Positions 40,751 through 53,699 of a stretch of 64,000 nucleotides of DNA are shown in pieces. How positions within the stretch are numbered: position 1 is the stretch's first letter; each line of letters starts with the position of its first letter. The notes below the pieces were generated by a model, which was not told the origin of the DNA, did not search any database, and saw only the letters and a list, made by a program, of their open reading frames with translations. The stretch spans positions 38,688,001 to 38,752,000 of the forward strand of contig NC_042998.1 of the NCBI RefSeq assembly GCF_006345805.1, read 5' to 3'. The translations under genes were made by a program, and so were the position numbers. Origin of the DNA: Octopus sinensis (taxonomy: Eukaryota).

Positions 40751-41470
40751 CGGAATGGTTATTTTTTTTAGTCATGTGGTGTGATGGTGGGTATTACTGT
40801 TCCATTCGTGTTTTCTATGAGGCTCGGTCTGAAAGGACCAGTAATGAGATAAATAAGGCCAACACTTCGTATGGCAACAAAAAATAGCAGAGTTTCATGT
40901 TCGTCGATGCTACCCTGGCGGCAAACTAGCATACCTTTTTAGAAAAACATTAAGGATAATCTACGAATTGAAGTAGTAGAGATGCCTGGTGCCCTATTGA
41001 AATAGCTGATCTGCAATACCTATCCCTTTGATAAGTCCCCCTGTACGGAGTACAACTGTGTTGTATGTAGGATGAACCCACGGGTTAATTGTAAAGTTGG
41101 GAACGTAGTGTATAGCTTACGATGTACTGAGGGACGGTGCAGAATCATGACAATTACATGCATTGGAGAGACTGCACGCAGCATAGGAGAACGTATAGGT
41201 GGACACTGGCGAGGGCTCAAAGAAAGGAAAAGCTCGTTAGTGTTCTACCAAACATGCTCGGGCAGAACATGGACGCTCGATTAATATCATAGAACTGACA
41301 AGACAACTAGACAAATCACAGAGACTACAAACGTAGCTGTAGGCAGACCGAGCCTGAATAGAAAATACGAATTGAACAGTAACACCACACCACACCACAT
41401 GACTGAAGACAGAAGGGATGAGGAGAGAGAGGAAAAACAAAAAAAAACATTAAAATATCGTAAATAATAC
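40751..41470 (+). mobile_element. Penelope-like element remnant: GIY-YIG endonuclease plus inverted pLTR
   Basis: C-x4-C-x2-C region, then NCKVGNVVYSLRC..C..CIGETARSIGERIGGH (41072-41284). 40771-40831 is an inverted copy of 41344-41403. CTGAAGA at 41403. Preceded by (TA)n. Confidence 0.85.
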
Positions 41471-41521
41471 ACAGAAACATACAGGGTAATGCACACACAA
41501 CAGACACATATGCACTTTTTA

Positions 41522-41651
41522 GTATAGGTACAAGGCCTGAAATTTTGGGGGAGGGGAGCAATCGATCACATTGACCCCATTAATTGACTGGTACTTAATT
41601 TATCGACCCCGAAAGGATGAAAGGTAAAGTCGACCCCGGCGGAATTTGAAC
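41522..41651 (-). mobile_element. SINE family A, 3' part
   Basis: ctggtacttaatttatcgaccccgaaaggatgaaaggtaaagtcgacc. Confidence 0.85.
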
Positions 41652-43029
41652 AATAATAATAAATAACAACAACAATAAGCATCCGGTTCATCCGCTAATG
41701 TTATATCGCCCGAAGAAATGAATCAATGATGATGATCAGCTGGATGCCCAAGAATACGGATTACACTGTAATCATCCCAAGAATACGGACTGTGATCTTG
41801 AAAATCATGTGATTTGTGGAAACGCGCGTAGCGATGCATTTGATGTTTATAAATTCTATCCTGGGACTATTGTTGTTATTATCATATTTATCTTACATCA
41901 TATCGGTATAACTCGATGCTATCCCGGGCATAATGGAATAGGAGCTTTATTTGCATATTCAAAAACGTTTCCGGTAAACAAATTTAAAAGACACACACAC
42001 ACATCTTTTGGGGATGGAATCTCGAAGTACATGTAATGCAATAAACTCTTGAAAGTATACAAATTCTTATGACGTCAGCAATATTTTCTATGTGTGTGTG
42101 TGGGGGGGGGGTAGGTGTGTATGTATTGGCGCCAACGAGACATTCTTACTATCAGTTAAAAATGTCAATCGGTCGAGTGTCAATTATTCTGTTTTTTTTT
42201 AAATAAGCAGCTACTGTGGCATACATTAATTTTATTATACATTTTCATGGTTATTTTATTCACAAAGCTCTATTAAATAGAACACAGGAAACCTTGATCA
42301 AACATTTTCATAAATTATATCGACTAAATAATGTGTCAATGAATTGAGTGAGTAGTTCTAATATTTCATATTAGAAAACTCTAAACAGTAATCATATAGA
42401 CTCATATTCAGGAAACAAAAAAGAAAATGCACGTACCTTGTATTTAATAACATAAGCATTATTTCTTGTTTGGAATATATAACAGAATTTTACTCACCTA
42501 AAAAGAAATAAAAAAATGAAGCATTACAGATATTTGACTTAAGATATTTTTTATATTTGGCTATTCATCTATCTACTTCTCTCTCGCTTTCTCCCTCTCT
42601 CTCTCTCTCTCTCTCTTTATATATATATATATACACACATATTATATCTATTTATCTGTCTATATATATATATATATATATATATGATCTGTGTATGTAT
42701 GAATGTTCCTTGTGTTGGTTGTCTTGTACTCTGTTTTTTCGTTGTTAAAAAAAAGTCCGTTTCCTTGTTTGGTTTTATGTTTTCGTTTCTCGTTGTATAT
42801 ATATACTTAAGTCTTAGTTATGATCTGAACATAACCACTTCTGACACAGAGGATCGGGAGCCCTTTGGGGCTTTCTATTTTCCTTGTTAGAAGGGTTCCC
42901 AGCCCATGGGCAAAGGGGGCGGGGTAGATGATTGGGAGTTCAAAGGGCTAGCATATGCAGCTTGATCACCTCTGCTGATCAAACTCCCAACCCATGCGCT
43001 CCCGTCGTGACACTGATTCTGCAGAACTG

Positions 43030-43330
43030 GGTTGGGTGTGTAAACCAACTTTAAAGCATAAATACAGATGTTTTTGAATCAGCAAGTCCTATTTGGGGTG
43101 AAAAATCAATAAACCGATTCTTTATGGAGTTTTCTATTTAATCAGGAAAAAAATCAATAAACCGATTCCTTATGGAATTACCCAATCAAATCGTCTGCAA
43201 CTCATTTTCAGCCAAATGTTTACCAATTTCAACGGATTTCGCTCAAATTTGACGTCGATGTTACTTTGTTTGAAACAAAGAGTTTAATAATCCTAACTTA
43301 ATCCCGAGCAAAGCCGGGTTATACTGCTAG
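43030..43330 (+). mobile_element. Helitron 3' end
   Basis: Hairpin cccg(agcaaagc)cggg at 43303-43318, then CTAG (43327-43330) followed by T. Internal ggatttcgctcaaattt motif also seen in the 60.4-kb element. 5' boundary uncertain. Confidence 0.75.
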
Positions 43331-43346
43331 TGTGCATATGTGCGTG

Positions 43347-43379
<33 letters not shown>

Positions 43380-43779
43380 CAAGAATGTGTATATGGATGG
43401 ATGGATCTATATATGTATGCACGCATGTATGTATAGGCATATTATAGTTTATACATGTATACACCAACACTCGCAAAACGTATATCGACAAAGTTTGCAT
43501 CTATCACAGTACACTAAAGAGACATTAATCCCATAACGGGTGGCGTCCAACACCCGTGTCATGCATTGTCATCCAACCCCGGATACAAGCGCTTGCAAAG
43601 TGAATAGGAGGCTGGTTGACTTCAATAGGAAGATATTAAATTTCTGCTTTCTAGGAATTTATAGCGTTTCTAAATATACATCTATACATGTATGTATCTG
43701 TGTATCATCGTATACATGCATGTATAAGTGTGTGTTCGTTTGTGCATGTGCGCGCGCGTCTGTACTCAGGGTAGATTGA

Positions 43780-45720
43780 GGCAGATAGAGAAGTTATATG
43801 TAGTGAAACGTTCACAACCTGGAGTATGTTTTAACCTTCGCGATGAAATAGAAAAAATGTGTATTAACAATTGTCGTTGGCTTAAACAGTTACTCCACGT
43901 TTTTTCTGTCTCATTTTTATCGTCTTCAGAAAGTTAAAAGTAATAATTATTTGTTGCTTAGCTAATGAGTGTTATATTCTTAAAAGAATCAACATAAACA
44001 TTGACCTAGTACTTCTCATTAACCTTTGAATTCATCTAACCAAGGGCAGTGTCTGCTTTATATAACAGCAACGGCAGAAAATAGCATAATGCTTTTTCCA
44101 GTGATTTAATCTTTGGGATACGAAACTCAAATAGTTTTTCTCGCTGAGAATATAAGCTGTAATTTGTTGGCAGCCATTCAGAAGTACATTCGGTTGTAAC
44201 TATTTCACTTAATGTACGTCACCAATGCCCTTGAAATGGTATGAACATCAAAGCGCATATCAATCTCCGTTGAAAGTTCTGCTTTAACAACAGAAAGTAA
44301 CCGGAAATCATATAATATATACCGTTGTGTTTGAAGCGCTATAACATTCCTATTCTGCTGCATCTGGAACTGACGTGGGTCGTTCGTCTAAAGAATTTGT
44401 TAGTATATTTGTTAATTACTAATTCCTTAAGATAGTATAAGATCACGTGTTTTAGTTGAGCGATACGCAGAGGATAGAATGACTGAGGTATTGACTTTGT
44501 GCTTATTTCAATGAGTTTGTGGCAATAAAAGACTCGAAATTATGGAGTTTGAACTCCATTATCATCTTCATGCCAATTATTAAACAAATTTCGAATAATA
44601 AAACTTGGAAGTTCTGTGATGAGTGAAGTTAGTAATAAAAGTATTGTCATCGTGGAGTTTCTGCAATGAAATTCTTTGGTAAGAAAGGTACAAACTAACA
44701 GTTACAACAATTGAAGTTATTCCATTTTGATTAAGTATATTTGATAAAAATTGCGACTTATCCAAGTAAAATAGGTAAAATTAATACAAGCTATGAATTT
44801 CTGACACTATTTCTGAGTTCTAATCCAAATGAAATCTGATATGAGGATAATAAATTCATCTGAAGTTGACTAGAACAGTTTAAACTCTTTCAAATATATA
44901 ATGTCGTTTTCCTCACCAGAGGCGAAAAAATGAAATTCTTGTCCTTCAAAATTGATTCTGGAAACTTGTTCCGTACTTAACAACGGATGATGAGTTCCTT
45001 TGACTGTATTTATTTTGGGGTAGCAATAAACGCGGGCAGGGCTGGCTATCAGAGGGATAGCACATTTTCTGACTTTGTCAGTCCCTCTCTTAATTAAACA
45101 CAGAGTTAGAAAGGAACAAACTGCTATTTTTTCTACAATACATGGAACCAAGTCGGTTAAGTAGTGCTGCGTACGGCGCTGTTGTACGACCTGTAGTTTA
45201 TTAGATCAAACTACAAAGAATTTCTTTCTTATCCCATATTCATTTTCACACAAAACATTGGAAATCTATGCTCTTTCAAAGAATATCTAATGCTTTCACT
45301 ATCATCACTAAACCAAATCTTGGAAAGTAGGTTTTCTATTTCTTTCTTGTAAGAAAATCTACTTACTGTCGAGTCAGAGTAAAAATTGCCTTGAAACGAC
45401 TGAAGATTTTTATCCCAAAATTCGATGGTTATCAATATTTTTTTAAACCAAAGTTTAGAATCTTAAGATTTGTTTAATAAAAACATTAATCTTATGTCAA
45501 AAGATTTATGGTAGTGATATTTTCATGTTTCGTATAGAAGAGAAATACTTTTGAGATTTTATTGAAATACTTTCAGAAATTTGTTTAATCCTATCTTCAA
45601 TTTATCGCCAAATTATCACGCAATGTATTTTCACAGCATTATGTGATAATTTTACAGTTTTTATTACTGCTTTCCTTTCTTCGTTTTTATCCACTTTTTT
45701 TTCTTGCTTTTAATTTTCAT
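43780..45720. pseudogene. Candidate decayed Fanzor1/TnpB-like gene split by an inversion
   Basis: Plus 43780-44760 in order: FNL..IEK.CITI, LTKGSVCF (44036), VI*SLGYETQIVFLAE (44101), YKITCFS*AIRRG (44436), EVLT..LEIMEF (44485-44550), KFCD..KYCHRGVSA (44609). Minus 45720-44790: RKAVIKT..IEDRIKQIS, ITT..FIKQIL, EFWDKN. Match is by recalled motif order only. Confidence 0.4.
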
Positions 45721-46420
45721 TTTATGTTAGTTTAATAAACTTCATCGTCTGAATATTCAACTGCGTTTATTTACTTTTTAATGTGTGTATATCTTCGAGT
45801 CGTAACGAAATACAAAACCATAATAGTCTTTTTATGCCTTAAGCGTATTGAGGTGAAAATATTAATATATAACCAGTCCCTTGTTGTTGTTTTAAAACTA
45901 TAAAACCCCATTAGTATTGGTAATTAAATAATTAATTGCCCGTTGAAAGGAAATGGGAAGCAGTAAAAAGATGTTTCTATGTCAGAAAGCTGGGCGCCAG
46001 CAATAATTCACTAAATACCATCGATAAGCCAAGTAGTGTTATCTAATCAAACTGCCGTTATCTGTTTCGATAGTAATTTTCGTATTAAGTGTGCTATCGC
46101 CGATATGAAATTCTTATCTGCAGGCTTATATGAAAACCAGTCAGCATAGCTATGGCAACACTCTGAGTGAGAGTAAGCAATGAGATGTAAAAATTAGATA
46201 TCTAGCTATAGTATTACTTATATAAGTGCATTTGTAAGACTGTGTTTGTGTTTCACCAATTACATCTGCAGGGTATTAAGACATGTATCAAGTAATCGAG
46301 CTCACAAGTAGTTCACGTTTACAGACGTATGTTGTACTTGTTGTTCATTAAGCTGTGAATTCAGGATGGCCGAATGGTTAATAAGTTCGTTTCATAACTT
46401 TCCAGATTTATGAATAAAAC

Positions 46421-46590
46421 CTATTTCTTTACTACCCACAAAGAGCTAAACACAGAGAGGACAAACAGGGACAGACAAACGGTTTAAGTCGATTACATCG
46501 ATCCCAGTGCGTAACTGGTTCTTAATTTATCGACTCCGAAAGGATGAAAGGCAAAGTCGACCTCGGCGGAATTTGAACTCAGAACGTAGC
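46421..46590 (-). mobile_element. SINE family A, 3' part
   Basis: Reverse complement of the 3' end seen at 54400-54521: tttactacccacaaagagctaaacacagag...gaaaggatgaaaggcaaagtcgacctcggcgg. Confidence 0.88.
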
Positions 46591-47129
46591 GGAACTCTGT
46601 GTGTGTGTGGCTGCTATATACAATCATTCGAAAACGAGAAATTTGGACTAAAATGTGAAGTTTTCAGCTTCCAAAATAAAAATAAAACAACTTCTGCTCT
46701 CCTTTCACCGAGAAGGAATTCAGTGAATTTAGATGATACATTTGCTATCAAGAAAGAAAATCATCATGAGATTCTTGGTGAACTTGCATTGCCTGGCTTT
46801 CGTGGATTTGAGGAAGCCAGGATGCTTTCATTTGGCATTCTGTTTCTTGGTCTCTGGATCATAACAGTAGATCAAATCTCCGTTATAGGTCACCAGAGAC
46901 TCCCTCAATGTGGGATAAAATGTTGGCAGGTCTACTTATATATATATTATATATATATATATATATATAATATATATATATATATAATATATATATATAT
47001 CAAATTAAATACATAAACGAAAGAACTACTAATATTTCATGCTGTTATGATAATACTTGAACAGGCATATTTATGTAATACGCCATGTATCTTAAAGTAA
47101 TCGCTCAGACTTTGTTTATGCGTTATATA

Positions 47130-48142
47130 CAGGGTTGGTCGGGAAGTCCGTTCCGTATTTTAACCGAAAATAAGGCAAGTTTTAAACAAAAAGCGATTTA
47201 TTCAACTAATCATATAATTACCGTTTCGTTCCAATATTTTTTGCCATCTTGTAGGCATATGCTTTATTCCCTGCTCGAAGAATTTCCTGTAGCTCTTGGC
47301 CAAAAAAATTTTTCGAGAGGAATTTTTAAACCCTCTTCAAAGTTGCAGGTCTGTCCATTGGATGAAGTTTGAAATAATCAAAAGAAAGGGAAGTATGAAA
47401 ACGAAAAGTCTGGCGAATATGGGGTGTGCAACAAATTTCCCCAGCCAAATCTCAGTTACATCTGCCATGTCTGTAAAGAAGAATGCGGTCTGGTATTGTC
47501 GTGATGAAGGGAAATGCCCTCACGATTAGCAAATCATGGGCGCCTTTAGTGGATCCCTGTTTTTTCTTCATGTTTATCCAACAGATCACAGATAGAAATC
47601 CGCAAATCGAAGTTAGCCTCATTCAATTGATGTGGAACCGAGTATCAAGCCCCCTATCGTAACCAAGTTGATGGTTTTCAACACTTGGCTTGGATATTTG
47701 GAGAATATCTGCGATCATCCTGGATGCGTAACGTGGATTGGTGTCTAATCCTTCATTTTGTCGCTGGTAATCTCGGCTGCCGCCCAGAGCAAGATCAATC
47801 GTGAAACGACGAAATCTTGAAAACCACACCTGGAACACATGTTCTATAACAGTATCTTCTCTCTACACAGTGCATATCTTCGAGCAGGTTTCCACTCTTT
47901 CGTGCCTTTTTGGAAACATAAAAGCATGGCATGTCGATCATGTCTTTTTTGTGGTTCTTTCTCGGGATGATCCCAAGTACAAAAAATGCAACTTGTCTCG
48001 TCGCAAGTTCGCTTCGAACTGCGTTGAAGTGCCTAGTATATAACGAGTGTGCTAACTCAAAGGACAGACTGAAATTAGCCACTATTAGAGTGCTTGAAGT
48101 TTGGTGCCGACTAAAACCGAACGGTATTTTTGGCCAATCCAA
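47130..48142 (-). mobile_element. Mariner transposon fossil
   Basis: Imperfect TIRs flanked by TA (cagggttggtcgggaagtccgttccg vs ttggattggccaaaaataccgttcgg). Minus strand QVWFSRFR, NPRYASRMIADILQISKPSVENH, VPHQLNE, GIKHMPTRWQKILERNGNY. Confidence 0.88.
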
Positions 48143-49529
48143 TATATACATACACACGCGTACACATGTAGTCACACACACACATACACACCCCTGCACA
48201 CAAACACACACACACACACACACACACATGCTTTCATTTGCCCGTCCGCTTTGATCATGTCGGAGTACTACTATTAATGTTTACTTCCATTTCTCCTCGC
48301 TAAATGAGGTAAACGAGGAGATAGGATATTGCTGCACCCCCTTGCACTTCTTTCCGTGCTCTTAGCTCGTCTGGAATCTCAGATGAAAATATGTTAAAGC
48401 ATTTCTTAGGACCACCTACACTCTTTCCCATCTGCTGTTTTTAAGCATTTGGATAGAGTATGGAACGGTTGGAAACCGAAATTTATTTCAATATTGCTAT
48501 AATAGTAGGACATTTGCACTTTTCTGTGACATCAAATTTGAGGATTACTCTAGCTTCCAATCCCAAACATTGTTACTAGATACTACATCATTTTCGTGTG
48601 TGTGTGTGTATGTGTGTGCTCCTCTGCATTTATTTTGCAGCTTCGTTCCAAGGGCTTGAGTGCCAATATTTTCATGTTTTCGTTCCAAGGGCTTGAGTGC
48701 CAATACTCTCCTAACAACACACCTATTGCAATGAGGCATTTTTTCTTTTGCCGTATGTATATCGTCTCAAATCCCGTCATTGTATGGTGACCATAAGTTG
48801 AGAGACAGCTAAGTACAAATTCCCCCACACCATACATACGATCTTCTGTTCTATTGTTCTAAATGATCTCTTTATCAGAAATCTGATCGTCAACGACAAT
48901 ACACCAAACACCATTGATAACCACAGTGAGTTTAGCTAAGCAAAGCGAAGAAATGCTTTGATAAAAAGTTTCTCGTTTGGTGTTTTATAGCCGATATGGA
49001 ATTCAGCTCACAACACATTTTAAGGATAAAGCTTTCAGTTTAATTTCTCCATTTAATTACCTCCCAATTTCATTTTAAACACTTCGCTACTTTCATTTAA
49101 CGTTAATTATTTCCCAATCCAATTATAGCTTTATTTATTCTCTACTTTATTTTATCTGTTATTTACTAATTTAATTACTCTCATTATTTTAATGTTTCAC
49201 TTTCATCTCCCTTCCTGATTTTCTACTGCTTCTTTGTCATCCACCTTTCAATTTGACTTGTAGTCTTTTGAGTATTTCATGTGATTTCTACTATAAGCGA
49301 AATATATATTTCTTTTATTCACATTTTCGCAACAAATGTAAATTATTAAATTTTCTTAACGAGGAATTCCAGCTGTTTCCCAATAGAAACACCAAAAGCG
49401 AGACGTTCTTTGCTTGTTAAACAAGCCGAAACTCAAAGTTCCATTCAACACTATATGTGTGTATGCACGCGTATGTGTGTACGCGCGTGTGCGTGTAAGT
49501 GAGGTGTGCGCACGTGTGCATGCTGGTGT

Positions 49530-49589
<60 letters not shown>

Positions 49590-49869
49590 CTATGAATGCT
49601 GGATGCACGTTATTCGACGATAACAATTTGGTTCTCCGAGGGTATTCCAAGGGTGTTTTACAAGGTTCTAACTTTCGCAATATAACTATCCAAACTATCT
49701 CCTTACATTTACAAGCTCTGGGTCCATAAGATTCCACGTATCAAGGTTGGATCCGAACTACGCGGATAAAAGCGTCTTAACCATTCACCCATACGTTGCG
49801 TACACACACACGCACATACAAATACGTTCATGTATATATTACAAGCGCACGCGCACACAAATATGTGTG

Positions 49870-49892
49870 TGTGTGTGTATATATACATATAT

Positions 49893-49938
<46 letters not shown>

Positions 49939-50054
49939 TATATATATATATAAATATTGTATATATATATTGTGTATATATATATATATATAATTGTGTA
50001 TATATATATATATATATATTGTATATATATATTGTATATAATATATATATATTG

Positions 50055-50090
<36 letters not shown>

Positions 50091-50145
50091 ATATATATAT
50101 ATATATTGTATATATATATATATAATTAAAAATGAGGGTGTCTGA

Positions 50146-50203
<58 letters not shown>

Positions 50204-50215
50204 TTTATACATATA
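49870..50215. repeat. Long degenerate (TA)n tract
   Basis: About 350 bp of TA dinucleotides with recurring ttg interruptions. Confidence 0.95.
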
Positions 50216-50219
50216 TAAA

Positions 50220-50770
50220 ACACTTTTTACTCATGCCTTTTTGGTAACTATTAAGGCCGTACGCACTCATCTGACCTTCAAGAAGTATCACCCCCTAAAT
50301 CTCAATGTACACCAATGCAGGGGATCCTATTCTACTTATTAGTGCAAACCCAACTGGAGCATAAATTTATTGTGGTAATTGAGGAGAAACGAATGAGATG
50401 GGTGTACCTTAGAGCAAATGGCACGGGTCCAGGAGATTGTGTGGAGGAGAGGCAAGCAATGTTGTTGAAACGGAAAAGTTGGAGGTTGCAGAGTGTGCTG
50501 TTTTGGATTGTAAGGGCGAGTGACCTGGTGCTAGGCAGTCCAGTGATCTTTCTTTGGACGTCTACGTGGGAAGAGTATCCCATTGCAAATATCATGTGCT
50601 TTCTACAGTGGTACTAGTTGTAGGGAGTTCAACTATTCATTGGCACTGAAGAAGAGGAGGCATTAGCTATGCTGGGGATAAGGGTTTGCTCAAAGAATTC
50701 CTTTGTGTGAGTGTGGTTGAGAATTTGTATCGCCTTTGAGAGTTCTGGCTCGTTGCTATTCATAAGATGC
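50220..50770 (-). pseudogene. Possible decayed Penelope RT C-terminal remnant with degenerate hammerhead
   Basis: Minus strand NHTHTK..IP..IFAMGYSSHV..RSLAL, followed by ggt-CAGATGA-gtgc..gcc..acc near 50243-50277. Confidence 0.3.
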
Positions 50771-51947
50771 GATGACGTTTTCGTTTCATTTTATAGTTAA
50801 TGATTTTCTTCCAGTGGAAAGTGACAATATGCCATGACCCTTACGGACTGTTTTCAAGATCGCCTATTTATCAGAGAAGCTTTCGCGTACGAAGACACAA
50901 AAAAGCGCTCAGGCAGTCGCAGCAGTGACCTAACATTATAACCGTTTCTCTATTGTTTTTCAAATATAATGTCTCCCTATTTAGTCGCTGGACATATAAA
51001 TACCATCTCCTCATCGTATACAAAGCACATCCGACAGTTGTAAACAACAATATTGAACGATGTAGTTTGAGATAGAGTACACCTGAACACTGCAAATGAA
51101 TCGCTTGTCAGTTGAGTTCCTTTTTATTACACATCTGCTCAATCAGTCCCAACTCCAGACTAAATACACAAACTACAATAAAACTTCACTCACCGCTCAT
51201 CTGATAGCGTGCTTCCACACAAAGATACAAGCGTCAGATATTTACAAACGTCTTCTGCACTTCGTACTATTTTTCTCTCTACTTCTTTCTGCCTTTATTT
51301 CTCCTCCCTTCCCTTCTTTTATATACAATAACATTTCTGTTTTTTCTGTTCGCCTGCCACTTCACTCACAATTCCATCTAATTAGAAACTGTCCTATTCA
51401 CCTACTAGGAATACTACTTGCTTCTGTGAGTTGCCTTAATTTAGACGGCATTCCTCATCTTTGTACGTAATCATAATACAGAAACGAAACGAATGGCAAA
51501 TCTAGCACAGAAAGATCAAATGACAACATGCAACGTTACGTTCAACAAGAATTACAATTGCTCAATGTGAAAGAAGTTATTTTAAGAAAAGTGAAGGAGG
51601 CTCGCTACACATTTTTATTACATTGTGACAAAAAAGGAATGAGACAACAGTGTTGTAAGCACGGGAGGGGGAGGAAGGAAGGATGAAACAACGTTAGTAA
51701 ATACAGCAGTAGTAGTAGGAGGAGGAGGGAAGTAAAAGAAAGGTGATTTATAGTGATTCACTGATGATACAGAAACTATTCTACACTTAACTAACAAGCT
51801 TATTATCTTCTCCAAGAATTTACCTACACGTTTGTTTATCTCTGGGGGATATTGATACATCAATAAGAAGCATGTCTATGAAGATCGTAAACAAGTGTGT
51901 GCATGAAAACATACACACAAACTCGTACATACATACACACACACATA

Positions 51948-51998
<51 letters not shown>

Positions 51999-52159
51999 GT
52001 GAAATAGAAAGATGAATAATCTTGTAGTAGATTAATCAAAAGTTTAACCGATACCTTAGTAGATTTTGGTAATTTGTGCCTTTCGAAACACGTGTAGAAT
52101 GAAATAAAACGATTTCTGTTCAATCTGCGTTCAGCTCCATTTCTTCAATTCACCAATAA

Positions 52160-52722
<563 letters not shown>

Positions 52723-52832
52723 ATTGAGAGAGGGAGAAATCATCCATGTATGTATGAGAATTCTTTTTCAGTGAGCAAGTGTGTACCCTTGTGTATTTGT
52801 GCGCGATCACATAGTTGTTCGCATGTGATGTG

Positions 52833-52872
<40 letters not shown>

Positions 52873-52894
52873 GTGTGTATATATATATGTGTGT

Positions 52895-53060
52895 GTGTTT
52901 ACGTGAGTGAACTTCAGCACCGTTGATAGACACACTGACATTCAGATATAAATTTGTGTCTGCATATATATATGTGTGTGTGTGTGTCTGTGTGTGTCTG
53001 TTTGTGTGTGTGTGTCTGTGTGTGTGTGTCTGTGTGTGTATGTTTGTGTGTGTGTGTGTG

Positions 53061-53093
<33 letters not shown>

Positions 53094-53160
53094 TAGAGAC
53101 AATTTATATCTGAATGTCAGTGTGTCTATCAACGGTGCTGAAGTTCACTCACGTAAACAC
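52895..53160. repeat. Perfect 60-bp inverted repeat around a TG microsatellite
   Basis: 52895-52954 is the exact reverse complement of 53101-53160. Confidence 0.95.
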
Positions 53161-53197
53161 ATACACACATAATTAAATAAGTTGGAGTCATCAAAAA

Positions 53198-53350
53198 GGA
53201 GTACAGAGGAACATTTATATGTAATCACTACAATTGTTTTCACCGAACGTAGTGCTCCAGCTTCGCATCTATTTGGTTATGTAACCGTTTCCCTACATTA
53301 TAAGGTCTTGTGTTTCATCAAGTGATATATAAATATTGTTTCTGTGCTCC
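53198..53350 (-). ncRNA. Degenerate hammerhead in an extended hairpin (core 53224-53326)
   Basis: Minus strand atcac-TTGATGA...ggt-GAAAA-caattg-TA-gtgat. Outer arms 53198-53220 and 53327-53350. Same layout as 331-437. Confidence 0.55.
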
Positions 53351-53699
53351 GTAAACTCAAATTCTCGGCTTCGCGCACATCCTTTCAATCTGTCGTGGCT
53401 ATGCGCGCTAATAGTAACCACTCAGTATATCAAACTGTACTGAGTGGTTACTGCTCAATACATTTGTGTGTGTGTGTGTGCGCGCGCACGTGAACATTAG
53501 CATCGTTGATACACTTTGTACATTTATAGTTACCATTCGACGTTTTTGGTAGTAAGATACAAATATAAATACATTGATAATACAATGTATTTGATGTGTT
53601 TGTCCGTTCAGGCAATCGATTTGCTGGCTGTTCACGCTAAATTGCATAGTTTACGTAAAAGGTAAAGAAAAGGAAACATCCCTTCCAAAAATAATTCTT

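Noticed and set aside
48642-48707. 27-bp direct repeat, and similar two-copy repeats at ~43100-43178 and ~41747-41789
   Set aside because: Only two copies and no spacer array. Local slippage duplications, not CRISPR.
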